A DNA stretch of 64,000 nt, taken from Candidatus Heimdallarchaeum endolithica (lineage in GTDB: Archaea; Asgardarchaeota; Heimdallarchaeia; Heimdallarchaeales; Heimdallarchaeaceae). The DNA is taken from assembly GCA_021513715.1 (NCBI GenBank), contig CP084167.1:832001-896000 (forward strand). Direction: 5' to 3'. The number at the start of each line of letters is the position of its first letter. The stretch's first letter is position 1. The position numbers were made by a program, and so were the translations under genes. Below are positions 31,162 through 40,355 of the stretch, in pieces. The notes under the pieces were generated by a model. It made no database searches, was not told the origin of the DNA, and worked only from the letters and a program-made list of their open reading frames with translations.

Positions 31162-32283
31162 CTAATTCAGCTCTAACCATTTTCTGTATTTTTTGTGAGT
31201 CCAATCTCTTTTCTCTTCTAAAGGAGGTAGTTTTCCTTTTAATAATTCCTCTTGATTTAACCAATTCATAGATTTATGTTCAGTATTATAAATCACTTTT
31301 AATGCCTGAGGAATAATCTCTGTTATCATATGCGTACCCACAGAAGATTGGGGATATTTTGGTGGAATATAGACTTCTCCATCAAATTGAAAGGCAATGG
31401 GTTTCTCTGTTTTTATTTCCACTTTTTTAGCATACGTAAATAATGTTCCTTTCATTGTTTTATGCTTTCCATCTTTTATCCTTCCTATTCCAATTAATGT
31501 TTGAAGTTTGTTAACTGATTTAGTTATAAAAACATTAAATCTATCATGTTGAGGATGAGCGTCTACACAACAGAACATCCCACCTCCATTACACTTCCCT
31601 GTTCCAATAGTTACCATCATTAGCTTAATAGGCAAAAATTCTTTTTCATCTAGTCTAATATTGGCTTTAATCTGCTTTACCATTAATAACTTCTTTAGAG
31701 CTAAATAGGTATATTTTCTTGGACCTTTAACAAAAGATCCTTCTCCTAAATTTGCAGCATGTCCAACAATACTAGAGATTCCCACATCTAGAACATTAAT
31801 AAAATACTTTTCCAATCCTGTATCTACTACTTTCATCTTTCCAATAGAAACAGGACTAGTTGCTGATTTCTCCATCAAATGCACAATTGCATTTTTTGGG
31901 TTCCATGGAAATCCAAGAACAGTGTTGTAATCATTACCAGTTCCAAAAGGCAATACTCCTAATGAAACTGTTTTCCTTTTTTCTTCAGGAACCTTCATTA
32001 AACCATTTGTTATTTCATTCAGAACCCCGTCTCCACTAACAGAGATAATTTTATTGAATCCCTCATTAACAGCTTTGATTACAAGATCTTCAGCTTGAAA
32101 AGGTCCTGAAGTAAAGTCAACAGCATAGTCGATAGAGTATTCATTAATTATTTTTTCAGCAATTTCCCACTTATTAATGCACTTTCCTAAACCTGCATTA
32201 GGATTTACAATAAATTTGTACTTGTCACCCATTATTGAAAAAGAAACAGACTTAATTATAAGTTTAATGGCACTATTAAACAT
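31162..32283 (-). CDS. Diacylglycerol-kinase-family (YegS/BmrU) lipid kinase
   Basis: Motifs IVNPNAG, SGDGVLNE, LPFGTGNDY and QFDGE; true start probably at MGDKYK. Confidence 0.92.
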   Translation of the reverse strand: MFNSAIKLIIKSVSFSIMGDKYKFIVNPNAGLGKCINKWEIAEKIINEYSIDYAVDFTSGPFQAEDLVIKAVNEGFNKIISVSGDGVLNEITNGLMKVPEEKRKTVSLGVLPFGTGNDYNTVLGFPWNPKNAIVHLMEKSATSPVSIGKMKVVDTGLEKYFINVLDVGISSIVGHAANLGEGSFVKGPRKYTYLALKKLLMVKQIKANIRLDEKEFLPIKLMMVTIGTGKCNGGGMFCCVDAHPQHDRFNVFITKSVNKLQTLIGIGRIKDGKHKTMKGTLFTYAKKVEIKTEKPIAFQFDGEVYIPPKYPQSSVGTHMITEIIPQALKVIYNTEHKSMNWLNQEELLKGKLPPLEEKRDWTHKKYRKWLELN

Positions 32284-32345
32284 ATAACTGTTTTTTTTTG
32301 TTAATTTATTCTAAAAGATACTATACTTGTTTTTTTCTTTAATAA

Positions 32346-33347
32346 AGCATGTCCAAAAATTCTTTTTCACCAACTAAACGGTCCGAAGGAGTAAAAGGTA
32401 GTTGTAACAGAGAAGAGAACTGTACAAGGTAGAGAGGATGGTGGAGGGTAAACGATCAAGGATTGGGGGAAGAGAGAGTTTAAGGAGACCAAAGACGTGT
32501 TCAATACTACTACGATACTCGGGATGATGATTACGACGATACAGACCAGGGTAGAGACGATGAGCTTGAACTATTGGTCCGAGGGGAGGAGGAGAGGGAT
32601 AACGAGCATTACTTTTTGGGGGAATAACAGGGAAAAAGGAATGTTGGCTAAGAAGTCCAACGATATTTTCTGTCCAGTAGGCACAGTCTCCATAAAATCG
32701 CAAGAAAGGTCTCAAGAGTGCAGAAGGAAGTTTCTGCCAGAGTAAACCGAAGACTTTACTATCGTGAGTGTTACTAGCAGAATGAGCGAGAGAGACTATA
32801 GCTCGAGAGGGTAAACCAACTATAAGGTGTATCTTCCAGAAAAGTTTAGAGGTTTTCTTTAGTGTCCCTCTTGACCATTTGAGAAAACGCCAAACAGAAG
32901 CTTGACGGATTTTAAACCCTGAACTATCCACTGCCATAGCTTTCAAGCCTTTTTTCCTCACTATTTCCCTACCTAAATCTATTATCCACTGCTCTAAGAT
33001 TTTACTTTCTGTCGCTCTCCACACTGCATGAAAAGTAGATTTAGAAGGAATCTTCTTCATCCACCCCTCTTCTATCAAAAAATCGCATAAAGACAACTTT
33101 TCCTCTAACTTCCTCCAAGCTATCCCTTCTATTCTAGCAATGATTGCTAAAGCCAGTATCACCCATCTTTCTGCTATTCTCTTTCTCCCTCTCTTGCTTT
33201 CTCTCGGTTCCTCTTTCACCAGTTTCTTAAGGAAAGGTTCATTAATGATTATGAATTCTCTTGCTTTGTGGGGGTCTATGATCTGAAAGAAATTCATACT
33301 TCCGACATAAACCCCCACATTAATAAAAATTAATTTTTGGACATGCT
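32346..33347 (-). mobile_element. IS5-like (DDE_Tnp_1) insertion sequence, copy 1, 1002 bp
   Basis: Terminal inverted repeats AGCATGTCCAAAAATT / AATTTTTGGACATGCT; near-identical to 49673..50674. Flanks tttaataa / ttgaatat are not a perfect duplication. Confidence 0.92.
32374..33318 (-). CDS. DDE transposase (IS5-like)
   Basis: Motifs AVDSSG (D1), WKIHL, HDS, GDCAY (D2) and Y.RSSIEHVFGLLK (E). Confidence 0.92.
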   Translation of the reverse strand: MGVYVGSMNFFQIIDPHKAREFIIINEPFLKKLVKEEPRESKRGRKRIAERWVILALAIIARIEGIAWRKLEEKLSLCDFLIEEGWMKKIPSKSTFHAVWRATESKILEQWIIDLGREIVRKKGLKAMAVDSSGFKIRQASVWRFLKWSRGTLKKTSKLFWKIHLIVGLPSRAIVSLAHSASNTHDSKVFGLLWQKLPSALLRPFLRFYGDCAYWTENIVGLLSQHSFFPVIPPKSNARYPSPPPLGPIVQAHRLYPGLYRRNHHPEYRSSIEHVFGLLKLSLPPILDRLPSTILSTLYSSLLCYNYLLLLRTV

Positions 33348-33371
33348 TTGAATATAAAGAAATTCAAGATT

Positions 33372-33893
33372 TTATTTAACAGTACCTTTTTCTAGAAGGG
33401 TTTCAAAATCCTCTTTATTCTTCTTTTTCTCTTCTAACTCTTCAACATATTTTTTTCCAACTTTCGAGGGCTTCTTATCTTCTTTTACATTTTTTATGAA
33501 AACAAAAACTGAAGCTAATTGAAATAGAATAGTTACTCCTACAACTATCCATTTTAATAAATCTCTATATTGATCACTCAATTCGGTAAAGAATAAGATG
33601 TAAATCGCAATTGGAAGATAAAAAACTGAAACTACTAAAATAGGAACTCCAAAAATTGAATACACAAGTTCATTCCAAATATAAGCGAAAGTTGATCCTT
33701 TTCCAGTTGAAGTTATGAAATTAATTAGTTTATAAGTAAGAACCATAAAAGAAATTATTCCTATAACTGCTACTAAAACAATTCTTATTGTGTTCCCTCC
33801 TGCTATAAAGAGTGTGAATGAAACAACAAGAGCAAGTATTAAAAGAATTAATTTATCTCTTTTTCTTTTTTTAGCAGAATTATAACTTATCAT
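33372..33893 (-). CDS. Hypothetical membrane protein (4 TM)
   Basis: Hydrophobic helices and host-like composition. Confidence 0.7.
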   Translation of the reverse strand: MISYNSAKKRKRDKLILLILALVVSFTLFIAGGNTIRIVLVAVIGIISFMVLTYKLINFITSTGKGSTFAYIWNELVYSIFGVPILVVSVFYLPIAIYILFFTELSDQYRDLLKWIVVGVTILFQLASVFVFIKNVKEDKKPSKVGKKYVEELEEKKKNKEDFETLLEKGTVK

Positions 33894-33984
33894 TGCAACA
33901 AATCAAATGCTTTTTTTTTTAATTTAAACTTATCTTTTCAAAGTTGATTCTTTTCAACAGTTTAAGATTAATAATAAACATACA

Positions 33985-34071
33985 TTTTTTTCCGACAATA
34001 ATATTGACGTATTACAATTACTTTAAAAACTAATTTCTAGAATATATTTTTAGCCGACAAAAATGCTGTCA
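33985..34071 (+). promoter_or_regulatory. Pair of imperfect direct repeats (CCGACAAWAATRYTGWC) upstream of the ParB cassette
   Basis: Copies start at 33992 and 34054; the second contains the dyad GACA-N7-TGTC. Confidence 0.4.
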
Positions 34072-34095
34072 ATAAAATACAGGTGACATTTAAAA

Positions 34096-34317
34096 ATGAA
34101 GTTAGAAAATGGTTTATTCTTTGTATTGGATGCTGGTGAAGATAAATACATCTTTACTAAGCGAAAGGAAGCTATCGCCAAAATAAAAGAAGTAGTAAAA
34201 AATGGTGGTGGGCAAGAAACTAAGTTATTAGCAATAGATTGTCAAAATGATAAGTGGGCAATCACACAGGTTCCTTGGCAGGAAATAGCCTTTGAACTAA
34301 TTAAAGAAGAGAAATAA
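34096..34317 (+). CDS. Small hypothetical protein upstream of ParB
   Basis: AGGTGA Shine-Dalgarno at 34081; plausible globular 73-aa protein. Confidence 0.7.
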   Translation: MKLENGLFFVLDAGEDKYIFTKRKEAIAKIKEVVKNGGGQETKLLAIDCQNDKWAITQVPWQEIAFELIKEEK

Positions 34318-34364
34318 AAGAGATAGCATATTTTGTCATGTGTTCCAACAGGAGATGACAAAAA

Positions 34365-35447
34365 TTGGAAATTGCAGAAATAGAAATAAAGAAAATTACT
34401 CCTAGTCCATTCCAACCTCGAGAAACTTTTGATAAAGAGGCTTTAGAAGAACTTGCAGAATCAATAAATGAATTTGACTTGTTAAATCCCATTTTAGTTA
34501 GGAAAACAGGAGAAGATTCTTATCAAATAATAGCAGGAGAACGTAGATGGAGAGCGGCTCAATTTGCGGGTTTAAAAAAGATCTCTGCGATTATAAAAGA
34601 TATAGACGAGGATAGACAAAAAATCGAATCACTCATTGAAAACGTTCACCGTCGAGATTTATTAATGATTGAAAAAGGGAGAGGAGTTTTAGAGATTTTT
34701 AGAGCTTATGGTTTTCACTTATCACCAAAAAATCTTGCTAACTTAATTAATAGTATAGAGCGAAAGAAATCTAAAAACATTGCCTTGATTCCCACTGAAG
34801 AACAGATAGAAAACATTATCAAGAAGATACATGTGAAACCTAATACTATTAGATTGTGGTTAGAAGCTGCTTCTGTCAATCCTGAAATCATAGAAGAAGA
34901 ATTAAAGAAGCCTGACGATGAGAGGATTCCAGAAAGAATTTTATCAAGATTAAGCACTATTCAAGATGATGAACTTCAAAAGAAAGCTTATTCTAAAATA
35001 ATTGACCTGAATTTGAATAAAGATGAAGCTTCTAAATTCGTTTCTACTATCAAAAAACTTCCAAAAGAAGAACAAGAAGCTGTTTTAACTAAGGGAGTCC
35101 CAGTTGAAATAATAGGAAACAAAGAGACAGGATTCTCAATTGAAGTTCCAAAAGAAAAAATTGAGGAAGTAAAGAAAACAATTGAAGTAAAGAAGAGTGC
35201 AGAAGTTTTACTTTCTCCTATAAAAGAGGAAAGACAAAGACATAGAAAGAATGTTGTTGCCCACCAGAAACTTCTTGAGCTTTTAGACGACTTATTCTGC
35301 CCCTTTACTGGTCAAAAAGCTTCCACTCACCTAAGATGGATTTCAGACCCAAAAAAAACCTTAGAAGAAGCTTTAGAACAAGCTAAAAAGAATCTTGAAG
35401 ATGCAGAAAAGAGAGAAAAAGCTGACCCTAGATTCATCGAAGACTAA
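34365..35447 (+). CDS. parB: ParB/RepB/Spo0J-family protein
   Basis: Motifs PFQPRETF, LAESI...LLNPILVR, IIAGERRWRAA and IENVHR.DL; TTG start preceded by GGAGATGA. Confidence 0.9.
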   Translation: MEIAEIEIKKITPSPFQPRETFDKEALEELAESINEFDLLNPILVRKTGEDSYQIIAGERRWRAAQFAGLKKISAIIKDIDEDRQKIESLIENVHRRDLLMIEKGRGVLEIFRAYGFHLSPKNLANLINSIERKKSKNIALIPTEEQIENIIKKIHVKPNTIRLWLEAASVNPEIIEEELKKPDDERIPERILSRLSTIQDDELQKKAYSKIIDLNLNKDEASKFVSTIKKLPKEEQEAVLTKGVPVEIIGNKETGFSIEVPKEKIEEVKKTIEVKKSAEVLLSPIKEERQRHRKNVVAHQKLLELLDDLFCPFTGQKASTHLRWISDPKKTLEEALEQAKKNLEDAEKREKADPRFIED

Positions 35448-35460
35448 TCTTTCTCTTTTT

Positions 35461-36558
35461 TTAAGGAATGATTTCAGTCGTATTATTGTATTTAGGATAA
35501 TTCAAATCCTCTTTTCTTATGATTCCATTTTCTATTAATTTTTCCACATCTGGTTTTATTTTTTTCAATTCAAAGATAAGATGCTTTACTGTTCCACAGA
35601 CTTTAGCAAAACCTTCCTCTCCCCATAATTTTGTTTTGTTTGCAAAAAGACACCTTCCTCCACATAAATCATAAACTTCACAAGTTAAACATGGATCTTC
35701 AATTAATACAGAGTTGAAAACATCAGTTGGTTTATTATCTTTTATATTCCCTACAACTGAAAATTCATATTCTGGAGGAAGGGGACAAACAGTTATCACT
35801 CCATCGGTTCTTATGGCAAAACTTGTTAATCCAGCTTGACAAGGTAGAGTAGTTTTTTTATTGTTTAAAATGTTCCAAAAAACACCTAAAAAAGGAACTA
35901 TTCCTAGTATTTTTCCTTTTTGCATCTCTTCTAACCAATAGTTAACCAACTTTGTTATTCCATTATTGTAATTTATTATCCAATCATCTAAATTTTGCCA
36001 CCGAGTATGATCTATATCATCCCATAATACATCAAGTTGCCAATGGACATGATCAAACCCTAGTTCTCTGTCATTTAATAAGAAATACACATCACGAAAA
36101 ATATCTGCTGATTCAGAAACAGCCATTCTAGCGATTAAATCGCCTTTAAACCCTTTTTCTTTGATAATCCCTATATTTTCCTTTATCTTATCAAAAACAC
36201 CCTTTCCTCTATTTGCATCGGTAATATCTTTATCGCCATCTATTGATATTAAAATGGTTGAAAATCTCACTAAATATTCTGTTGGTAATTTATCTAAAAA
36301 CCAGCCATTGGTTTGTATAGTGTAATGTTCTGCGTCTATTTCATTCATTACTTCTTTTATCAGTTTTAAGTTAAGTAATGGTTCCCCACCATAAAAAGCA
36401 ATTGTAGGATTAGGATCTTGAGAAAGAAATTCCTTTAACTGCTTGAGATCCCAATTAGCATTAACAGGTAAATCAGGGTGAGGTTCATTTTGACAATACT
36501 GACAGTAGAAATTACACCTATTTGTAGTGACTAAAAACCAGTTCATTCTTACTTTCAC
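35461..36558 (-). CDS. Radical SAM/SPASM protein (AF0577 / TIGR04084-like)
   Basis: CNFYCQYC, FYGGEP and SIDG; SPASM cysteines CLTC..YDLCGGRC; C-terminus NTTEIIP. Confidence 0.85.
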   Translation of the reverse strand: MKVRMNWFLVTTNRCNFYCQYCQNEPHPDLPVNANWDLKQLKEFLSQDPNPTIAFYGGEPLLNLKLIKEVMNEIDAEHYTIQTNGWFLDKLPTEYLVRFSTILISIDGDKDITDANRGKGVFDKIKENIGIIKEKGFKGDLIARMAVSESADIFRDVYFLLNDRELGFDHVHWQLDVLWDDIDHTRWQNLDDWIINYNNGITKLVNYWLEEMQKGKILGIVPFLGVFWNILNNKKTTLPCQAGLTSFAIRTDGVITVCPLPPEYEFSVVGNIKDNKPTDVFNSVLIEDPCLTCEVYDLCGGRCLFANKTKLWGEEGFAKVCGTVKHLIFELKKIKPDVEKLIENGIIRKEDLNYPKYNNTTEIIP

Positions 36559-36713
36559 TTGAAAAAATTTCTAGATATTTAAAAGTGCTTTTAATAGGTC
36601 ACTCCTACATATTACCCACATATTATCATAGATTAAGTTATCAAAGAAAATAAATTGATTTAGGATTTGAACCTTCAAAATTAGAGGTTGATCTAAACTT
36701 AAAAGGATAATAT

Positions 36714-37694
36714 GTGATGCGTTTGAAAATAATCATTACAACAGAAACTGGTGAACTACTTTTTTCATACGATTCTTTTACTGAAAATAGAAAGTATGAT
36801 AATGTGCTAATTACAGGATTAATTTCTGCTATTGTAGTTTTATCTAATGAAGTAGTTAGTTCATTTCCCCGCGAAATCGAATTTGAAGGGAAAATCCTCT
36901 ATTTTTACAGAGAAAATGAATTTATTGCAGCTTTACTTGCAGATATAGAATCTCCGTTTAATGGAAGCATTCTACCTATTATCCTAGGTGTATTTAAGGA
37001 AGTTCAAGAAAAATATAGTTTTCCAACTCACAAAGCAATGAGATATGACAGAGAGATTGCACATGCAGTAAAAGATTGCTTAGCCATGTATTTAGCAAAC
37101 ATGCAAAAGAAAATGGTTAAATTACTGGATGACACAGATGTAGCTGACTATAATTCAATTATTAAGGTAAAAGCTGTAGCTAAAGACTTTTTGAAAGATT
37201 CTTCCCAATTTTTACCTATTGATCTAATTTGCAGGATGATTCCTGATGGAATGGAAAAAATTCTTTATGGTTTAGTTGTAGGTATTCCTATTGTAATTTC
37301 AGGTAATAAAGATATTGTGGAGCAACTAATAAACAGCTTAAGAATGCTCTGCCCTACAAGAATATTGAAAATAAAATATTGGTCTGATAAATATGTTTCA
37401 GGATACGACATTATTGGTACAAATGATGCTAGATTGTTAAAACCCTCTCTTTATCAACTATACATAAATGTTAATGATGGAATAGTTTTAGGTGGAAAAT
37501 CTACACAATACTTTAAAGATATAGAATGCCAAATTTGTAATCTTAATACAATAGAAGCTTTTAATTTTATAAGAAGTGAACTAAATTGGATCTTCAAAGC
37601 ATTTGAAGAGCTAAAAATAGATGTTTTTTCCAAAAAATCACTACCGTTAGAAAAACAATTGATTTTGTTTGAACTTTTAAAGAGATTACATTAA
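36714..37694 (+). CDS. Longin-like N-terminus plus folliculin/DENN-like C-terminal domain protein (eukaryotic signature protein)
   Basis: N-terminus IIITTETGELLFS...LITGLISAI has the longin pattern. ILYGLVVGIPIVISGNKDIVEQLINSLRMLCP...IKYWSDKY..GYDIIG resembles the cDENN core of folliculin. Confidence 0.65.
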   Translation: MMRLKIIITTETGELLFSYDSFTENRKYDNVLITGLISAIVVLSNEVVSSFPREIEFEGKILYFYRENEFIAALLADIESPFNGSILPIILGVFKEVQEKYSFPTHKAMRYDREIAHAVKDCLAMYLANMQKKMVKLLDDTDVADYNSIIKVKAVAKDFLKDSSQFLPIDLICRMIPDGMEKILYGLVVGIPIVISGNKDIVEQLINSLRMLCPTRILKIKYWSDKYVSGYDIIGTNDARLLKPSLYQLYINVNDGIVLGGKSTQYFKDIECQICNLNTIEAFNFIRSELNWIFKAFEELKIDVFSKKSLPLEKQLILFELLKRLH

Positions 37695-37754
37695 AAATAG
37701 GATTGACGAAAAAACTATTAATAACCATTTTTAATTTAGACTAAACGTTAAATT

Positions 37755-38063
37755 GTGATGATTGTGGAGAGAAAGTCCAAAGAGACAATAAAAAAATGGA
37801 TCTCAAGTTTAGATATAAGGAAGTTTAGCTTTAGAGGTAAACTGATAATAATCATCTCATTTCTACTAATTAGTTTTGCAATCATAATTAACTACATCAA
37901 TAATTTTCAAGGAAAGATCGTAAAATATTCTATATGGATTCTATTTGGATGGTTTTTTTTGATAATAATTTTCTATATTTCGATTAAACTGCTTTCTTTC
38001 ACAGTTTTAAGGAATAAACAACAAAAATTAAAAGAAGAAATAGAAAGTGATAATCTTGATTAG
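37755..38063 (+). CDS. Small 2-TM membrane protein
   Basis: Two hydrophobic helices; overlaps the next ORF. Confidence 0.6.
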   Translation: MMIVERKSKETIKKWISSLDIRKFSFRGKLIIIISFLLISFAIIINYINNFQGKIVKYSIWILFGWFFLIIIFYISIKLLSFTVLRNKQQKLKEEIESDNLD

Positions 38064-38376
38064 AGTAAAAATCAAACCAAAAATTGCTCATGTTATTTTT
38101 GAAATTTTAGCCTTACTTATTACAATTGGAGGGTCACTTTATATTGCTTCTATTGCTAACAAAGTTGTCTTATGGATTTTTGAGACACTAATCGTCATTG
38201 TTCTACTTTATTTTGGAGGAAAAAGTATTTACAGTAAAATGAAACCATTCTACGTTTCAGCTCCTTTAAGAGAAGATATGATAAAAAATCAAGAAGATAA
38301 AAAAGGAATTATATCAGAGCCTACAAAAAGAGGGTTAAAGAATGAAGACAAAGAAATTCAAAAACATGACGAATAA
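38047..38376 (+). CDS. Small 2-TM membrane protein
   Basis: Two hydrophobic helices and a charged tail. Confidence 0.6.
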   Translation: MIILIRVKIKPKIAHVIFEILALLITIGGSLYIASIANKVVLWIFETLIVIVLLYFGGKSIYSKMKPFYVSAPLREDMIKNQEDKKGIISEPTKRGLKNEDKEIQKHDE

Positions 38377-38596
38377 AGAATTTTCAAGAGTTTATGCTAC
38401 AATTTTTCTTATCATAATCTGCTTTCCTGTTGTTTTTATATCACAAAAATTCATTGTTCCTCTTTTAGGAAATTACGAAACCATATATTGGATAGGTTTG
38501 TTTTTAGTATTATCTTTTACTTTTCCTCTATTAATTCTGATATTTTCTAAAGCTTTGCCTAATAAAAAAGGAGAATTAAGTAATTCCCGACAATAA
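38342..38596 (+). CDS. Small 2-TM membrane protein (start probably ATG 38366)
   Basis: Two hydrophobic helices. Confidence 0.6.
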   Translation: MKTKKFKNMTNKEFSRVYATIFLIIICFPVVFISQKFIVPLLGNYETIYWIGLFLVLSFTFPLLILIFSKALPNKKGELSNSRQ

Positions 38597-38659
38597 CTCC
38601 AGAACAATGATTGGTGTAAGACACACGTTTATATACCATAATAAAGATACATTCAAAAG

Positions 38660-38878
38660 ATGACTGAAAGAATTATTCCTTTAATTTCTCTTTGTAAACA
38701 AGAAAAGATATCTATTTCACTACTTCTTTCTTCTTTAAGACTAATAGAAAAAGGTTTGATTAGAAAACAGTCTGAACTTAATGAATATCTGAAAAGAAGA
38801 GCAAAATATGAACCTCAAATCTTAAAGGATATTGAAAAAGTAGAAAGGTTAATTGTTGAAAACAACATAATAAAATAA
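38660..38878 (+). CDS. Small hypothetical helical protein
   Basis: ATG preceded by TTTATATA about 30 nt upstream; fills the intergenic space. Confidence 0.6.
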   Translation: MTERIIPLISLCKQEKISISLLLSSLRLIEKGLIRKQSELNEYLKRRAKYEPQILKDIEKVERLIVENNIIK

Positions 38879-38884
38879 TTTACA

Positions 38885-40261
38885 CTATTTTATTATTTTC
38901 TTTCTTTTGGCATATTGTATTAACATTTTTATGGCATAAGCTGCTTCTCTAGGGTTCAAAAATATAGGACTACTCTCTTTTTTAGCTATTTTCTTTGGTT
39001 CATTTAGCAAATTACCACTCATGAAGATAGGGATTATAGGTTTCTTTCTTCCTGTTTCATTCCACGCTTTAATAACTCCTTCATAATGTTCAGATGTTGT
39101 CATTCCCAAAAATGTGGGTATTACTGCTATAGGAACAACAATGTCAATATCTGGATCTTCAAGCATAGCTTTTGTTACCTCATAATACTCTTTTCCTGAT
39201 GCTCCTGCTATCATATCTAGAGGGTTTACTTTTTTAACTAATGGAATCAAAAAAGGATTAATTTTCTCTTTAAATTCTTCAGTAAATGGAGCAAGTTTTA
39301 AGCCAAAATCATCAGCAAAGTCACTGAACATCACTGCACTTCCTCCACTATTTGTAAGTACTCCTATTTTTTCTCCTTTAGGCAAGGGAAGAAATGAAAA
39401 AGCTTTAATTGCAGCGATATAATCTGAGATGCTTTCACACATTATTGCGCCTGCTTGTTTAACTGCTGTTTTTAGAGAACTATAGTCTGTTGCCATAGAA
39501 CCAGTATGACTTGAAGCAGCACCCATTCCTGTAGCAGTTCTTCCTCCTTTAAGGACTACAACAGGTTTGTCCTTTGCTACCTCATGTAATTCTTCATAAA
39601 ATACTCTCCCATCTACAACATTTTCAAGATATATAGTAACAACTTTTGTATTTTCATCTTCTTTATAGAACCTTAATACATCTGTTAGATTTATATCAGC
39701 CATATTTCCTAAATTAGCAAATTTAGAAAAACCTAGTCCTTGCCAAACCATTTCGTACAAAACTATTGCTCCCACTGAACCAGACTGTGTAATCATACTT
39801 ACATTTCCTTTTGGAGGAGTCTGAATGAAAGAAGCATTCATTCCGATATCAACATTCTGTATTCCAACACAGTTAGGGCCAATTAACCTTATTCCTTTCT
39901 CTTTCAATTTTTGTGACAACTGCTCTTGCACTTTTCTTCCTTCTTCATTAATTTCAGCAAAGCCAGCAGTTACTATTATTATCCGCTTAACCTTCTTTTC
40001 TATACATTCATCAACAACAGAAGGAACAATCTTTGCAGGAACTAGTAAAATTGCTAGATCTATCTCATCAGGTATTTCTAGCACTGATTTATAAGCTTTT
40101 AAACCACCTATAGTTTCAGCTTTAGGATGGACAGGATATAATTTTGCAGCTAGATCTTTATTGTCCATTAAGTTAGCTGTTACAGCATGCCCAAACTTTT
40201 TTTCATTATCTGTCGCACCAATAATTGCAATAGAATCTGGATAGAAGAACTTCCTAGTCAT
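38885..40261 (-). CDS. acdA: ADP-forming acetate/acyl-CoA ligase, alpha subunit
   Basis: Motifs SIAIIGAT, IGPNCVG, TQSG, LGNMAD, SSHTGSMA (phospho-His), TNSGG and NPLDM. Confidence 0.9.
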   Translation of the reverse strand: MTRKFFYPDSIAIIGATDNEKKFGHAVTANLMDNKDLAAKLYPVHPKAETIGGLKAYKSVLEIPDEIDLAILLVPAKIVPSVVDECIEKKVKRIIIVTAGFAEINEEGRKVQEQLSQKLKEKGIRLIGPNCVGIQNVDIGMNASFIQTPPKGNVSMITQSGSVGAIVLYEMVWQGLGFSKFANLGNMADINLTDVLRFYKEDENTKVVTIYLENVVDGRVFYEELHEVAKDKPVVVLKGGRTATGMGAASSHTGSMATDYSSLKTAVKQAGAIMCESISDYIAAIKAFSFLPLPKGEKIGVLTNSGGSAVMFSDFADDFGLKLAPFTEEFKEKINPFLIPLVKKVNPLDMIAGASGKEYYEVTKAMLEDPDIDIVVPIAVIPTFLGMTTSEHYEGVIKAWNETGRKKPIIPIFMSGNLLNEPKKIAKKESSPIFLNPREAAYAIKMLIQYAKRKKIIK

Positions 40262-40355
40262 TGCTCTTTTTAGAAATTGTGTCCTTTTAATTTTTTCTTA
40301 ATCAACAAAAAAGATAATCAGTAAGTATTATTTTTAATCAGTACTTATCTATTTT

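Noticed and set aside
32497-32745. Antisense 82-aa ORF in both IS copies (also 49824..50072)
   Set aside because: The SNPs between copies are silent in the transposase but change this ORF (REK/RKK, SND/SHD), so it is probably not under selection.
37736-37749. 14-bp exact match TTAGACTAAACGTT, also at 63755-63768, both upstream of genes
   Set aside because: Many 14-bp matches are expected by chance in 64 kb of ~70% AT sequence, and the spacing to the start codons differs.
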